This document shows positions 41,001 to 54,100 of a stretch of 64,000 nucleotides of DNA, in pieces; the stretch's first letter is position 1, and each line of letters opens with the position of its first letter. The notes under the pieces were generated by a model. It had not been told where the DNA came from. It saw only the letters and a list, made by a program, of their open reading frames with translations, and did not search any database. Position numbers and translations under genes: made by a program. Source of the DNA: Antedon mediterranea (lineage: Eukaryota > Animalia > Echinodermata); the NCBI RefSeq assembly GCF_964355755.1, contig NC_092677.1:22245175-22309174 (forward strand). Reading direction: 5' to 3'.

Positions 41001-44000
41001 GGCCCAGCTAGCTTACTACTAGACGATAGGCCCATAAATAACAAAACTCAGTGGATTCCAAACCCATCCTATCAACTAAACAATCTAAACCTAAAACGTT
41101 CTACAAAATCGGCTGTAAATATTGAGGCAAAACAAGGTCCGATCGCCGTCCGCACGTATGGTGTCCCGATCGTCTAAGTAGGCCTAAAATAGGCCTAGTT
41201 TACTCACCAAAAAAAATTAGTTAGTAGGAAGGAGACCTAGCCGATCCGGCCCAGTTAAAAATTGAGCTAGCTAGTGTAGTAGACCCTATGATACTACCAG
41301 GCCTTTTACTATAGGCTACACTTGTTAAAATTAGCAATACTTATGTTTACAAATATTCCAAATATCTCATTCAAGCTATATTATCTATACCATTCCGGTA
41401 GGTCGAGTCGACCTTCAATCAAATATTGAATATCGTTCATGTTGTGATTATAGACGGGGTATACTCGACCCGACCAGTTTGGTATTGTATACTGTATTTG
41501 CTTATCATGTGACGATGCCAGGCATGGGCATAGAGAGCACGTGTATCGTTGTCTCGCTCCTCATCAGGAATGTACAGTATACGTTACGCTTCATAGATTT
41601 TGAAGGCTTTCCCTAAGTCAGAGCGAAAAACAGCAAACGTAAAGTGCAAACATATCTTATTTTTCACTGTTTTGATGAATTTTCATAGAAAATTGACTTT
41701 ATAAAATGGGAAGACCGACTAAAATTCCATCAGATAAGTAAAATTTTACAAAAGTAATTGATATGGTTAATGATAACGAGTCGTCGGAAGATTGACCATT
41801 TCACGAATTACCTATTCTGTAACCACAATGTGATTTTGCCATAGCTGCACTTGTAATCTGGCCTTATTTCACAGCCTTCGTTCTGCTTCACTGGGCGCTT
41901 ATATAAATTGAAACTTTTCCGTTCAAGAGACAAACAAATATATTTTACATTTTTACTATTCATTTTAAACCCGGAACCCCCTTTAATCCTCATTGTTCAT
42001 GTTTTTGGGTGACAATACATCTTTAAGAAGAGAAAATGGATATTGTATTACATTAAAACAAATGTAAATCACAATAAAAAGATGAAAACACCTTACAATA
42101 CATTATGAGTGTGTGACTGAAGATAGATAGTACAGAGTAAGCAAAAAGTAAATATAGACATTTATAATCTATAGATTTTAGAATTGGTATGAATGAATTG
42201 AATAGGCCTACTTATTTGTAACAAAATATGCCTAAAAATAACAAATTTAAGTAATATTTATACGTGAAAATGTATGGAATTATTGTAAGAAAGGAACAAA
42301 TAAATGTGTAAAAACTCGACACGTGCGATGTGAACATCCAACAAGCGTGATGTGAACATCCAACAAGCGTGATGTGAACATCCAACAAGAGTGATGTGAA
42401 CATCCAACAAGCGTGATGTGAACATCCAACAAGAGTGATGTGAACATCCAACAAGAGTGATGTGAACATCCAACAAGAGTGATGTGAACATCCAACAAGA
42501 GTGATGTGAACATCCAACAAGCGTGATGTGAACATCCAACAAGAGTGATGTGAACATCCAACAAGAGTGATGTGAACATCCAACAAGAGTGATGTGAACA
42601 TCCAACAAGAGTGATGTGAACATCCAACAAGCGTGATGTGAACATCCAACAAGAGTGATGTGAACATCCAACAAGCGTGATGTGAACATCCAACAAGAGT
42701 GATGTGAAATCCAACAAGAGTGATGTGTACATCCAACAAGAGTGATGTGAACATCCAACAAGCGTGATGTGAACATCCAACAAGAGTGATGTGAACATCC
42801 AACAAGCGTGATGTGAACATCCAACAAGCGTGATGTGAACATCCAACAAGCGTGATGTGAACATCCAACAAGCGTGATGTGAACATCCAACAAGCGTGAT
42901 GTGAACATCCAACAAGCGTGATGTGAACATCCAACAAGAGTGATGTGAACATCCAACAAGAGTGATGTGTACATCCAACAAGAGTGATGTGAACATCCAA
43001 CAAGCGTGATGTGAACATCCAACAAGAGTGATGTGAACATCCAACAAGCGTGATGTGAACATCCAACAAGCGTGATGTGAACATCCAACAAGCGTGATGT
43101 GAACATCCAACAAGCGTGATGTGAACATCCAACAAGCGTGATGTGAACATCCAACAAGAGTGATGTGAACATCCAACAAGCGTGATGTGAACATCCAACA
43201 AGAGTGATGTGAACATCCAACAAGCGTGATGTGAACATCCAACAAGCGTGATGTGAACATCCAACAAGCGTGATGTGAACATCCAACAAGAGTGATGTGA
43301 ACATCCAACAAGCGTGATGTGAACATCCAACAAGCGTGATGTGAACATCCAACAAGAGTGATGTGAACATCCAACAAGAGTGATGTGAACATCCAACAAG
43401 CGTGATGTGAACATCCAACAAGCGTGATGTGAACATCCAACAAGAGTGATGTGAACATCCAACAAGAGTGATGTGAACATCCAACAAGCGTGATGTGAAC
43501 ATCCAACAAGCGTGATGTGAACATCCAACAAGCGTGATGTGAACATCCAACAAGAGTGATGTGAACATCCAACAAGCGTGATGTGAACATCCAACAAGCG
43601 TGATGTGAACATCCAACAAGCGTGATGTGAACATCCAACAAGCGTGATGTGAACATCCAACAAGAGTGATGTGAACATCCAACAAGAGTGATGTGAACAT
43701 CCAACAAGCGTGATGTGAACATCCAACAAGAGTGATGTGTAAACTCAACACGCGCGATGTCAACATTCTACAAGCGATGTGTAAACGCGACACGACCGAT
43801 GTTAACATAACACGAGCGAGGTCAACTTGACATAGTTATGTCCGTAGGAAATGTACAGTAACCCCTGAATTTTCATGTGTTTGCTTTTGCAAGTTTATTC
43901 ATGCTACAGCTGCTTGGTTGACGGCTCCTTTAAATGCCCAGCATTATATTTATCAAATTCCTGGTTTTAAGTGAACTGACAGCAGTTTAATTTACAATTT

Positions 44001-47000
44001 ACTGATGTCAAAAATATTGAGTTTTTGTATAATGTGCATTGTTTATACAAAAGTTTAAAATATGCAATTGTAAATCATAATAAGGCCTAAAAAAAAAAAG
44101 TTTGTTTGCTGTCATCCGCCGCCCCTAATTTCGCCAAAAAATAGGGGCGGAGATAAGAAAAAAGTTGTTTTTTACGTTGAGGGCGCTTTTTAAAAAAAAG
44201 TTTTTTTATGAGTTTTTTTGGCCGAAAAGGTGTTAATCGAGTGTGCGAGGATGAAACAATTAAAATAATAACGTACCATTTATTTCGGTGTATAATCCCA
44301 CTTTTGACACGCAAATTTAACCTCTTATTTTATACACCGAACATAAATGCCTCACCACACAGATATCGCTAACTAGCTACAATGTACTAACGTAACAGCA
44401 ACCTGCACGTTTTCAGGGCATTTTATCGTGATTTTGTACTAAATATGATGAAAAGATGTGTTCATTATGGAGCTGTTTTAGGCGCTCCAATAAAATTTCA
44501 TTTGTAAACGTTTACGATTGGAATAGTATTATAGTTATACGCACGATCGCCGACCGCCGTACCCCCAGCGTGAGCAAGCCCTTCTTGGTAACCACATGGT
44601 GTAACAGTATTCGACTAGTATATTCTCCAGTTGATTATAGCATAAACCTAGTGTACACACTTCTAGGATACATAGATACTAATCAAATACGATTGTCCCA
44701 GAGCCATATATATAAAGAGTTACGACATTGGATTATAGTCACGTGATATGCAGATCAATTTGTGTCAAACTTGTCTCCATTAATGCATGTAAAGAATAGG
44801 AGCAAGAAAATAAAAAAATGTAATTGCACATTTTACGGTGAAATATCGATGTGCACAGCGTAAAGAAGTACTTGCGGCAAAGAATATTGCGCGCGCGTGC
44901 GCTAGTACATTATAAAGTTCGATTGATTGATTCTGGAACGAAACATCCCATAACTACGTCCTATTAATAACAATTATGTAACATTTTAAATTCATAATGC
45001 ATGCTTAATGACTAAATAAAATAATAAAGTGTCGTGGATATATTTGTTAATATATTGAATAGCGTATGAACAATATTAAAATAATAAAGGCAAATTATTA
45101 CAAATGAAATGATGAACGAGTCTCTGAAAGTTTGTGTCAAAAACACACAGAGAGCCATATACTGTATAAAAAGAGGGGTGAATTTGTGTGTTTTTTGTAT
45201 TGGTTCATGCTTTGATGTATCCTGACTTGCATGTAGTAGGCCCTAGCATTTATTCTTTTGTTATAATAGACACAATATATATACTGTATGTTACCAAATT
45301 AATACCATTAATAAAATTAATTACTAAAATAAAAACGGAATATAAGCGTTATTTCATAGACAAAAAAATCTAAAAATAATGCATGAACTACAGGAAAACG
45401 CTATACAAAATAGACGCGCGCGCCCTCAGCGTGCGAATTCTTTGACACAAAAATGGCTTCTAATTTTCAATGTTGCAACTCTTTATATATGGCTCTGGAT
45501 TGTCCGTGAAACGTGCGCCCTCTCGATAAAAGGATCGAGCGAGGCTAGCCCGCCCGGCCACACACACACGACGTGCGGTCATGCACTCGATGTTGTCGGG
45601 GTGCGAAACTCATGAATAACAAGTTAGAAAGAACTGACAGAATGGGGGACTTCCCTTCTTGTTGAGGCTGAGCCTAGGTGAGAAAAAACATTGTTTTGAT
45701 GAAATATAAAGTGCGTCTTATACATCGACGATATACAAAATACCGATATTTTACTCTCAGTTAGGGGGTGCGTCTTATACACAGGTGCGACTTTTATACA
45801 CCGAAATATACGGTACACTAAATTCTAAAACGACCTACTGTGTGTAGTAGTAGGCCTAGCCTAGACTAGTTTAGTCACGGGGCGTAACGCGCCCAAAAAA
45901 CAGAATTAAAGTGTGAAACAAATTATGAATAGATGTTTGAGCTCGTTGTTTTACTCAGTGTGTTTTGTTACTCTCAAATTCGCGTAAAATTAACAGAGAA
46001 ATTAACATTAAAAAAAAAAAAAATTCTGCGAGGCCTGCTGTGGACGTACTATTGGAATTGAAGTCACCGCACGCACCAGTAGAGTGATGGTATTTACTTT
46101 TTAACCCACAATCGTCCAATTAAATGACAGGAGTATATTTAGATGTTATATAATTTGTGATATTTTTTTTTCATAGTAAATAGTATTGCATTGGTAAAAC
46201 CAGAAAAAATTAAAATGGTTGAGAGCATGTTGATTAGGATGGCCACATCTGGACAAATTCCAGGGAAGGTAAATTGTTTATTTTGTTTGTAGAAACATAT
46301 ATTATTAGTTCAAAAACCAAATGTTTACAAATAATTATTAGTAATTAAGGCCCTGTTTCTGCTGCCAAGAAAATACTGTATTTAATACAGTATTTTTTGA
46401 ATACCGTATTTTTTTGCCAGCAGAAACTGCGCTCATAACAAAAATACCGCATTTTGTATACCATATTTTCCCCATCAAATTTGTGGATAAAATACAGTAT
46501 TTACCCATTTATACCGTATTTTTAGTTGCGTGGACGCGACTCTATAGTTCACTATGTCGGTCGGTCTGTCTGTCGGTCCGGTATCACTATGCGTTTTATA
46601 GCTTTCTGACCTTATCTTGATATCAGTTTAAGTCAATTTTTCACAGTATATTCCTTATGGCCAGGAATCGCTGTGGTTATGTTTTCACGGTGCGCAATAA
46701 AAAATTACGCGGTCTTACTACGCACGATTTAACGAAATCACGTTTGTAATCATATCTTCACAACTATGAATCACAATTAAATAAAATTTGGTACTCATAA
46801 ATTTCAGGGCATAAATCATCATATGGCAATACAATTACGTGCGTAGCGCGCTTAAAATTGTCGAAATTTATTTTCGATGAAATAAGAGTACGTTTCAGGC
46901 AATTTTAAGCGTTTACAAAACTGCCATGAGTGCGCCAATTTTTGCGCGCGCACTGCGCGTTAAATGTTATTGCGCACTCTTTTTGCCCGATTTCTGTTTT

Positions 47001-48479
47001 CTTGACTTACTTTTCAACTCGAAATTACGTTATACGAGCACGTCAAAAGTGACAGGCTACGCACATGTAAATTAAAAATATATAAATGTTTTTAAACATT
47101 TCAACATTTTTAAACATGTTCAGTAATTTCGGTCAGTTGGTAGGTTGGTCGGTCGGTCGGTAAACACTAATGAGCATGCGACTGCAGTCATCTATATGGC
47201 CTTGTTTTTACCCTTTTCTGCTGCCAATAAACAATACCATATTTTTTTTAACCTGGTCAGCATCGTGTTTTTATTTTCTGTCGCTGTCAGCTGTTTTACA
47301 CACGTGTAGGCCTATAGATATTATATTCTGTGAAAATGTGGAGCGAAGAGGTCACAGTATTTACTATATAAATCAGTGTGGGGAGGGAGGGGGAAGGGAA
47401 GCTAAAATTTCTGGCCAACTAAATAAATAAGGTAATAAAAGGGACAACCACATTTTATAAAGACATTTCTAAAAAATATAAAGCAGGAGTACGGAATAGA
47501 CTTGTCTCCAAAGCAAGTAAATTCAAAGCTGAAGCGCCTGCGAAAGCAGTACAACATTGCAAAATACAATAACTCGGGGAGGGAACGAATTACTTGTCCC
47601 CATTACAATGTTTTCTGTGCTCTCACAACATCTCTATCACTAGGGCTAGGCTGTTGAAAGTGAGGCGTAAAACTTCCTTTATTGCGATATTTAATTATCG
47701 ACCAAATAAATAAATGAATGGAAATTTGGGTAAAAGGATGAATTTTAACACGACCACCCAAAAAAGTATTGTTAGCAGAAACAGGCCCTCAGTAAAGGAA
47801 TCATTTCAAAATATTAGATTAATAGAACTGATATTGACATAGTAGCATAATGTCATGATTACACAAAATGGCACAAAGGGTTCATGTGTTTTCACTATTT
47901 AAGGAAGTTGTTGATATTTTATAGTCTATTTTTTATAGTTTAATAATTTACTCTATGTATTCTCTCTGTAATTGTAGGTTGATGAAAATCAATTAAAAGA
48001 TTTACTTTCTCAAGTTAGTTCACAAACAGAAAGGAAAACAACAGTTAAGGTACCAACCATCTCTTGTTGCATATTGCATTAGTGGCCATAAAACATTATT
48101 CCAATTAAGTATTGATGTGGCAAAAATGAAACAATAGAATGAACCCTGCCCCAACACACTTTCTGCCATAGAAAGTGCCTGACACATTGTTTACTATAGA
48201 CACCTAGCCTAGATATTTTGTGGAATATTGTATTGTAATGTATATTTTTCATTCATAGCACACTATTATTTTGAAAATGTCATTTATTTCAATGTTTATT
48301 TCAGTTTGATCATGTAAATACACTGCATATATTCACTAAATGTCTATATTGTATCTGAAATATAAGAGTGAATTTTCATTTTGTAATAATTTGCTTCAAG
48401 GATAACCAATATATCATTATTTCTACAGTTTGATAGACGAAGGCTTAATTTGGATGACGACGATGATGATGATTACTGA
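34957..48479 (+). CDS. PDCD5: Programmed cell death protein 5 (spliced, 6 exons, 127 aa)
   Basis: join(34957-35025, 38340-38371, 38608-38675, 46177-46268, 47978-48049, 48429-48479) = 384 nt. All introns are GT-AG with consistent phases. Protein: MADDPELAAIRARRMAEIQQQMGGKNKNDEEKMRQQQEERTHSILSQILTQGARARLNSIALVKPEKIKMVESMLIRMATSGQIPGKVDENQLKDLLSQVSSQTERKTTVKFDRRRLNLDDDDDDDY. Motifs and intron positions match vertebrate PDCD5 as I recall it. Confidence 0.95.
35655..36158. mobile_element. Foldback/MITE with ~120-bp inverted arms in PDCD5 intron 1
   Basis: GCAAGCAAGCAATT...ATTTGATACTGAATGTGTCGAC...AGAGTGCATCATTAAAACTGCATTCGAC (35655-35776) is mirrored at 36040-36158. Confidence 0.8.
36965..38255 (-). 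mobile_element. Decayed RTE-X-like LINE in PDCD5 intron 1
   Basis: KSPGLDGL, NYRPIALAS, GVRQGGVMSPLLYNIY and LSYADDLVLLAPS. Internal deletion near 37845. Confidence 0.85.
38340..38371 (+). CDS. PDCD5: PDCD5 exon 2
   Basis: Acceptor TTTCTTTACAG, GKNKNDEEKM(R), donor GTAAAA. Phase fits exon 3. Confidence 0.82.
38608..38675 (+). CDS. PDCD5: PDCD5 exon 3
   Basis: Acceptor TATTCAG, QQQEERTHSILSQILTQGARAR(L), donor GTGAGT. Confidence 0.93.
40272..42026. mobile_element. Kolobok-like (TTAA) non-autonomous element, outer
   Basis: Left ATGTATTGTCCC, right GTGACAATACATCTTTAA. The same terminus occurs at 36588-36605. Confidence 0.5.
40449..41986. mobile_element. Kolobok-like (TTAA) non-autonomous element, nested
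   Basis: TTAAAGGGGGATTCTGGGTTTAAAAT is mirrored by ATTTTAAACCCGGAACCCCCTTTAA. Confidence 0.72.
42327..43740. repeat. 22-bp minisatellite GATGTGAACATCCAACAAG(C/A)GT, ~64 copies, PDCD5 intron 3
   Basis: Near-perfect tandem array with degenerate related units on both flanks. Confidence 0.98.
46177..46268 (+). CDS. PDCD5: PDCD5 exon 4
   Basis: Acceptor TTTTCATAG, NSIALVKPEKIKMVESMLIRMATSGQIPGK, donor GTAAAT. Confidence 0.95.
46349..47788 (+). mobile_element. PIF/Harbinger deletion derivative with Myb/SANT-like remnant, PDCD5 intron 4
   Basis: TIR GGCCCTGTTTCTGCTGCCAA / TTGTTAGCAGAAACAGGCCC, flanks TAA / TCA. Broken reading frame WSEEVT...KLKRLRKQY..NNSGRERITCPHY. Confidence 0.72.
46519..47209 (+). 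mobile_element. Helentron-associated (HINE/DINE-1-like) element nested in the Harbinger remnant
   Basis: TTTTT-AGTTGCGTG-G-ACGCGACT 5' inverted repeat, (C/G)GGT/CTGT microsatellite, 3' CATGCGACT...GGCCTTG-TTTTT. Inserted in a T-run. Confidence 0.7.
47978..48049 (+). CDS. PDCD5: PDCD5 exon 5
   Basis: Acceptor TTGTAG, VDENQLKDLLSQVSSQTERKTTVK, donor GTACCA. Confidence 0.94.
48429..48479 (+). CDS. PDCD5: PDCD5 exon 6 (coding part)
   Basis: Acceptor TTCTACAG, FDRRRLNLDDDDDDDY*. Confidence 0.94.
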   Translation, partial: FDRRRLNLDDDDDDDY

Positions 48480-48828
48480 CGAGTACTATAATACATCATT
48501 TATGTATCCATCCAATTTGTTGCGTTTTTCAAAAAGGTTGTTTCTTGGCTTTCTACCATTGATTGGACAGCTTGAACACTCTACATTATATAGTGCGCTG
48601 GTGGTGGTGTTTGCCTTTTGATGTAATGTCATTCATCTTCAACACACCAAATGTTGCTATAGTATAAATACGTATTATTGTATTTGTTAGTATAGAAGGG
48701 TATACTTATTGTTGCCTCATGGTAACTTACAGTATGTACACAATAGTACCTGTAATCAATGCAAATACTCAAGCAATGGAATATGCACCAATGTACAAAT
48801 ATTTAATGGAAAGTTAAATAAGTTAAAG

Positions 48829-48834
48829 AATAAA
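48829..48834 (+). promoter_or_regulatory. Candidate PDCD5 polyadenylation signal
   Basis: AATAAA ~350 bp after the stop codon. An alternative AATAAA lies near 49070. Confidence 0.4.
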
Positions 48835-49302
48835 TAATTCACAAATTTGTTAGAGATTTTAAGAACAGACCAAGGTTAAATAGAAGATTAGGCATAGATG
48901 AAATCTGTGTAAAGCTTTAGTCAGTTGGTTTAATCAGATTTGGTTGTTTACACAGATTCTTAAGCGTAACTATATCCCTCCCTCTATTACATTGATGCGT
49001 TGTGGGAATCAATGCATGTTGTTTAATTTGGACTGTCCAGCGAGTTCTTCCAAAGTTCATTTTGGAAAGAATAAAAAACTGACGGTGGAGCTCGGACTAA
49101 TAAACTGACCCAGAGGAAAATGCAACAAAAAGAATAGTTCAAATGAGGCTTATGTATTATTTCTAGTAGTCTTAGAGATTGTGAGAGATATATTTTGGTA
49201 CATCTGAAAACCCAATTCTGAAGTGATTCTGGTAATTCACTTTTGGGTCATGCACTTTCGGGTCGGAGGTCAATGACCTATTTTTTCAAGTAATTTTACC
49301 AA

Positions 49303-50974
49303 CTAGATGGTACGCTTGCTTCGCTCGCGTACCATCTAGGTCTTGTCCACAGATGGTTCTCGATTACACAGTAATTTCAGCGTCAAAAAACTGGCGATTT
49401 CAAATGTACGTACCGCGGACTATAAATACATTGTCGTTTTCAGAAACGAATAAATAGACGATGATTAATGTAGTCAACTAAAATTAGCACACTGGGAATT
49501 AGGCCTACTTCCGAAGGAGATACTTGTCTTAAAATGAGTCCAAAAAACTAAAACTGTCCCTGTTATACTAGTCGATTGAAATAGTAAAGTACGGTACATG
49601 CAACGATACACCACTACGGCATTTATATTTTTTATAATTACTAATAAACAGTAACCACATTCACAGTAAGGAAATTTTGATTCAAATGGCGACCAAAAAT
49701 GGTTATTACGTACAGTATTTACAATATTGTCAAAGTATTGCAATAATGCTATATCTCAGTTTTAAGTTTATTCTCAAAGGGCCCATAAATTTACCTACTT
49801 GTGTTAAACCATGGAGGGCTCATAAATTTACCTACAAACTGGGAGTCTGAGGGTATGTTCAGACTCACAGAGTTACGGTGGAGTTATGTAAGCGGCGTAC
49901 ATATTTTTGTGTCTGAACCATGCCGCGGATTAGCGTTAGGAAGCTGTTACTCCGCGCCAGTGGCGTTAATAACTCTAGCGGGAGGGTAGATTTCATAACG
50001 CTAATCCAGTGATGCATCAGTGATTTTAACCTTAACCAATGAAAATACACGACCACGTTTAGCAGACAGCAACTACATACCCGTACCCTATGATACGACA
50101 GCGAATTAGCTATGTCAAATGTATTTTCAGGTTAAGATTTTAAAGAACAGTAAAGTTGGCGTCAGTAATATGATATTTTCATAAATTAAATCAATTAATC
50201 AGATAATTGTCCATGTAACAATTACGTTTTAAATTATTTTGAATTAAAATGCAATTCTACAAGTAGTAAGAACAAATCAGTATATTTGAAGGTAAACATT
50301 ATATAAATAAAAATTAAAAAAACAATGTAAACGTTACTTTCATGCATTGTCATGAATGTATACATATAGTTCTATCTGCTTTGACCTGATCAGAGTGTTT
50401 TAAACGCAAGGCATTGGAATGTTGATCGTTGTGTCTGAACACCTTGGCTTTTAACGCCACGGATTACCGTACGCCTTGCGTAGATAACTCCACCGTAACT
50501 CTGTGAGTCTGAACATACCCTGAGAGATTGGAATGTTCCATTCATCGCAAATCAATACATTTGTATAAACGTATATTAAATCTATCAAAATAGTATTTTT
50601 TAAAGAAAATCGGCCTGTCTTCAACATTATGATACTGTACTCGAGCTGTTCAACCGGTTTTCAGCTATTAAAAACAATTATCGTAGGAGGAGATAGGAAA
50701 ATTCGAAGCATCCTCGTATTATTGTGTGCAGGACATCCATTAGACAGTGTATACTACGGTCGGAAAACACCCCTATTTGGAGAAAATCGTTCAACCTAAA
50801 TTCGTTTTAATTGTCAATAACTAATTATCTAACTCAATTTAATTAGTAAACAGGGTTACATCTGGTGGTTTAAATCAGTACCGAGATTCTACCCAACTTT
50901 ATATACCATCGAGTAAACATTCTAGAAATAACGCGCGATTTACCGAATTTTGCCCTTACGTAAATTTATATATA
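49303..50974 (-). mobile_element. Non-autonomous Helitron, copy 1
   Basis: Minus-strand 3' hairpin CTAGATGGTACGC...GCGTACCATCTAG|T, and 5' TATATATAAATTTACG. Body is homologous to copy 2. Confidence 0.82.
49851..50520. mobile_element. PIF/Harbinger-like MITE
   Basis: 37-bp perfect TIR GGGTATGTTCAGACTCACAGAGTTACGGTGGAGTTAT and a 3-bp TSD TGA. Confidence 0.92.
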
Positions 50975-51145
50975 CTAGATGGTACGCTCGCTTCGCTCGC
51001 GTACCATCTAGGTCGTGCCCACAGAATTAGCACCCTGGGAATTACTTCCGAAAGAGAAACTTGTCACAAAATGAGACCAATTGTTTTAAGTCAAATTTAA
51101 ACAAACTTAATTTGTGTTTTGTATGTAACATTATGGTTGAGGGAT

Positions 51146-54100
51146 TAGTCCAGGAGTATTAGACAAAAAAAGGGCAAAAGGTAGAAATAAATATGCTAAA
51201 GCTGAATTTTTTAGGATAGGTCCCCAATGTTGTCTGGAACAACATTCTAAAAGTCCCCGGTTTTCCCCGTTGTGCTTCACCCTGATTGGGCCATTTTTCA
51301 AAATGGCGGCCATCTTAACATTATTTACCATATTTTGACAGCCAGTAGGTGTAAGTAAACAATTTTGGTATCAAAATACTCAGAAGACCAATATTTATAT
51401 TCACTATAATGGAGAAGTTTTTTAAAAAATTGTCAGAAATGCCTGTTTTGACCTTTGACCCTAAATTTGGATTATCTCAATATCTCATCAACGACTGGCC
51501 GTAGAGAGTTCAAAATTTTCCCAAATTATTCAGAATGCCCAACTTTCTATTCACTCTAATGAAAGAAAAATACTAAATTCCTTTAGAAACCTTCTATTCT
51601 GACCTTTGAACTATTGACCTAAGCATATTTTAATTTTATAGACATCTTGGTGATCGATAGGAGTACATACGCGAAATTGGTGTCAAAATACTCAGAAGAC
51701 CCATATTTATATTCATTATAATGGAAAAGTTTTTACAAAAATGACCGGAAATGCATGTTTTGAACTTTGACCCTAAATTTGGATTATCTCAATATCTCAT
51801 CAACGAATGGCCGTTGAGACTTCAAAGTTGTCCCAAATTATTTTGAATGCCCAACTTTCTATTTACTTTAATGAAAGAAAAATACCAAAAACCTTTAGAA
51901 ACCTTATATTTTGACCTTTGAACTATTTATGTAGGCATATTTATTTTTATAGACATCTTGGTGATCGATAGGATACGAAATTGGTTTCAAAATTTATAAC
52001 TTTGACCCTAAATTTGGGTTATCTCAATACCGCATCAACTGCTGGCCGTAGACTTCAAAATTGTCCTAAATTAAGCAGTGTGCCCAACTCTCTATTCACT
52101 GTAGTTAAAGAAAAATACTAAAGCCTTTAGAAACCACCTATTTTGCCATTTGAACTATTGATCTGGCCAATACAGTATTTTATATCATAATTATATAGAA
52201 ATCTTGGTGATCGATAGGAATACATAAGCGAATTTGTTGTCAAAATATTTCAAAACACCCATGTTTTTTTACCTTTGACTTTAATCACTACATTATAATT
52301 TAATAATTTAAGTCCAAATAGCATGATGGACATATCATACCATTCATCATGCCATGAGATGTCAAATTTATCTGAAACAACCAAGAAAAAATGTCCGATG
52401 GACGAATAATAATATTCATCAATATAGATATGAGGCCATAATTTCTGGTATCAAAGGGTCACAATGTGTCATTTGACAAATCACCTAAATAATAAAATAC
52501 AATATGAAACTCTTACAAATCTATCAAAATGGATTATAAAGAAATTGTCACTGTAAAGTTGTTATGGTCTTCAACAGATTTTCATGCCCTTATTTTATTA
52601 ACCATCATATAGTCCTGAAGTATTTTCGATTTTTTGAGAATTTTGATTAGAAAAAAAACAGAGAAAAATGTTCACATCTTAAAGATAAATGCAAAAATTC
52701 TTTTAAAATTAAATTGCATCATATCAGATAAGAATCGGAGGTATGACTAGAGCCTAAAATGAGACTTAGACTGAGACCTTGATAAATGGTTGGGTGGGTG
52801 ACTATGTACAGTGTGCAGTTTTAGACAATTTAAAAAATGTTATAAGATGAATTATGTACTCCAGACCTATATACACAAAGAAATGTAATAGTGCAGCTCA
52901 AATCAACCAGTAGTGGTCTCCGAAGAGGAAACATTTCAGAATTGGTGTAGCTCCAAAGTTTAAACATGGACATTAGCCATATAGAGAAGGCGTGGCATTT
53001 TTTGGAGGACTAATTTCTAACCTTAATATTTAAAGACTAAATAAATAATAAAATTTGTTTGGTTACTAATGAATAAAAGAAGTGAAAACAGGCTAAAGCC
53101 CAAACAGACAGTAAAATGTATCATATATATATATATAGTTTAAAATTGGGGCTTGGTTTGTCCTGTTTAGCATCTGAGCAATTTGGAATGAATTTTACCT
53201 CTCATGGCAATGGCCATACTGATGAATTGTTAGATTCTGTCTATCTTTATGTCAACTTAAATTTAACTTTTTGCATCTAAGCCCTCCCTCTGGAGAGCAC
53301 GGGCTATTGTCGGTTTATACAGGTAAGCTAGGCACGAAATAAGACTAATTCTTATTAAAATGTAATGATTAAGGTCAAAGGTCAAAAGACTTTCAATGGC
53401 ATTTAGTACATTATTTCTATAAGAGTAAACAGAAACATGGGTGTTTTGGAGTATTTTGACACCAAATTCCCTTATGTATTCCTATCGATCACCAAGATTT
53501 CTATACAATTTTGGTATAAAATATGACCAGATCAAGGGTTCAAAAGTCAAAATAGAAGGTTTCTAAAGGAATTTGGTATTTTTCTGTCATTAAAGTGAAT
53601 AGAAAGTTGGGCATTCCGAATAATTTGGGACAACTTTGAAGTCTCTACGGCCAGTCGTTGATGAGATATTGAGATAATTCAAATTTAGGGTCAAAGTTCA
53701 AAACATGCATTTCCGGTCATTTTTTAAAAACTTTCCATTATAATGAATATAAATATGGGTCTTCTGAGTATTTTGACACCAATTTCGCTTGTGTACTCCT
53801 ATCGATCACTAAGATGTCTATAAAATTAAAATATGTCTAGGTCAATAGTTCAAAGGTCAAAATAGAAGGTTTCTAAAGGAAATTTGGTATTTTTCTTTCA
53901 TTAAAGTGAATAGAAAGTTGGGCATTCTGAATAATTTGGGACAACTTTGAAGTCTATACGGCCAGTCGTTGATGAGATATTGAGATAATCCAAATTTAGG
54001 GTCAAAGGTCAAAATAGGCATTTCTGACCATTTTTTGTTAAACTTTTTCATTACAGTGAATATAAATATGGGTCTTCTGAGTATTTTGACACCAAGATTG

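Noticed and set aside
42212-43808. Three overlapping ~500-aa Cys/His-rich ORFs (LLDVHITLVGCSHHACWMFTSR)n
   Set aside because: A stop-free 22-bp unit gives the same peptide in all three frames, a 2-nt deletion is tolerated, and the region is antisense within a PDCD5 intron.
44083-46036. Possible hAT-like element starting TAAGGCCTAAAAAAAAAAAGTTTG
   Set aside because: No convincing matching TIR or TSD found.
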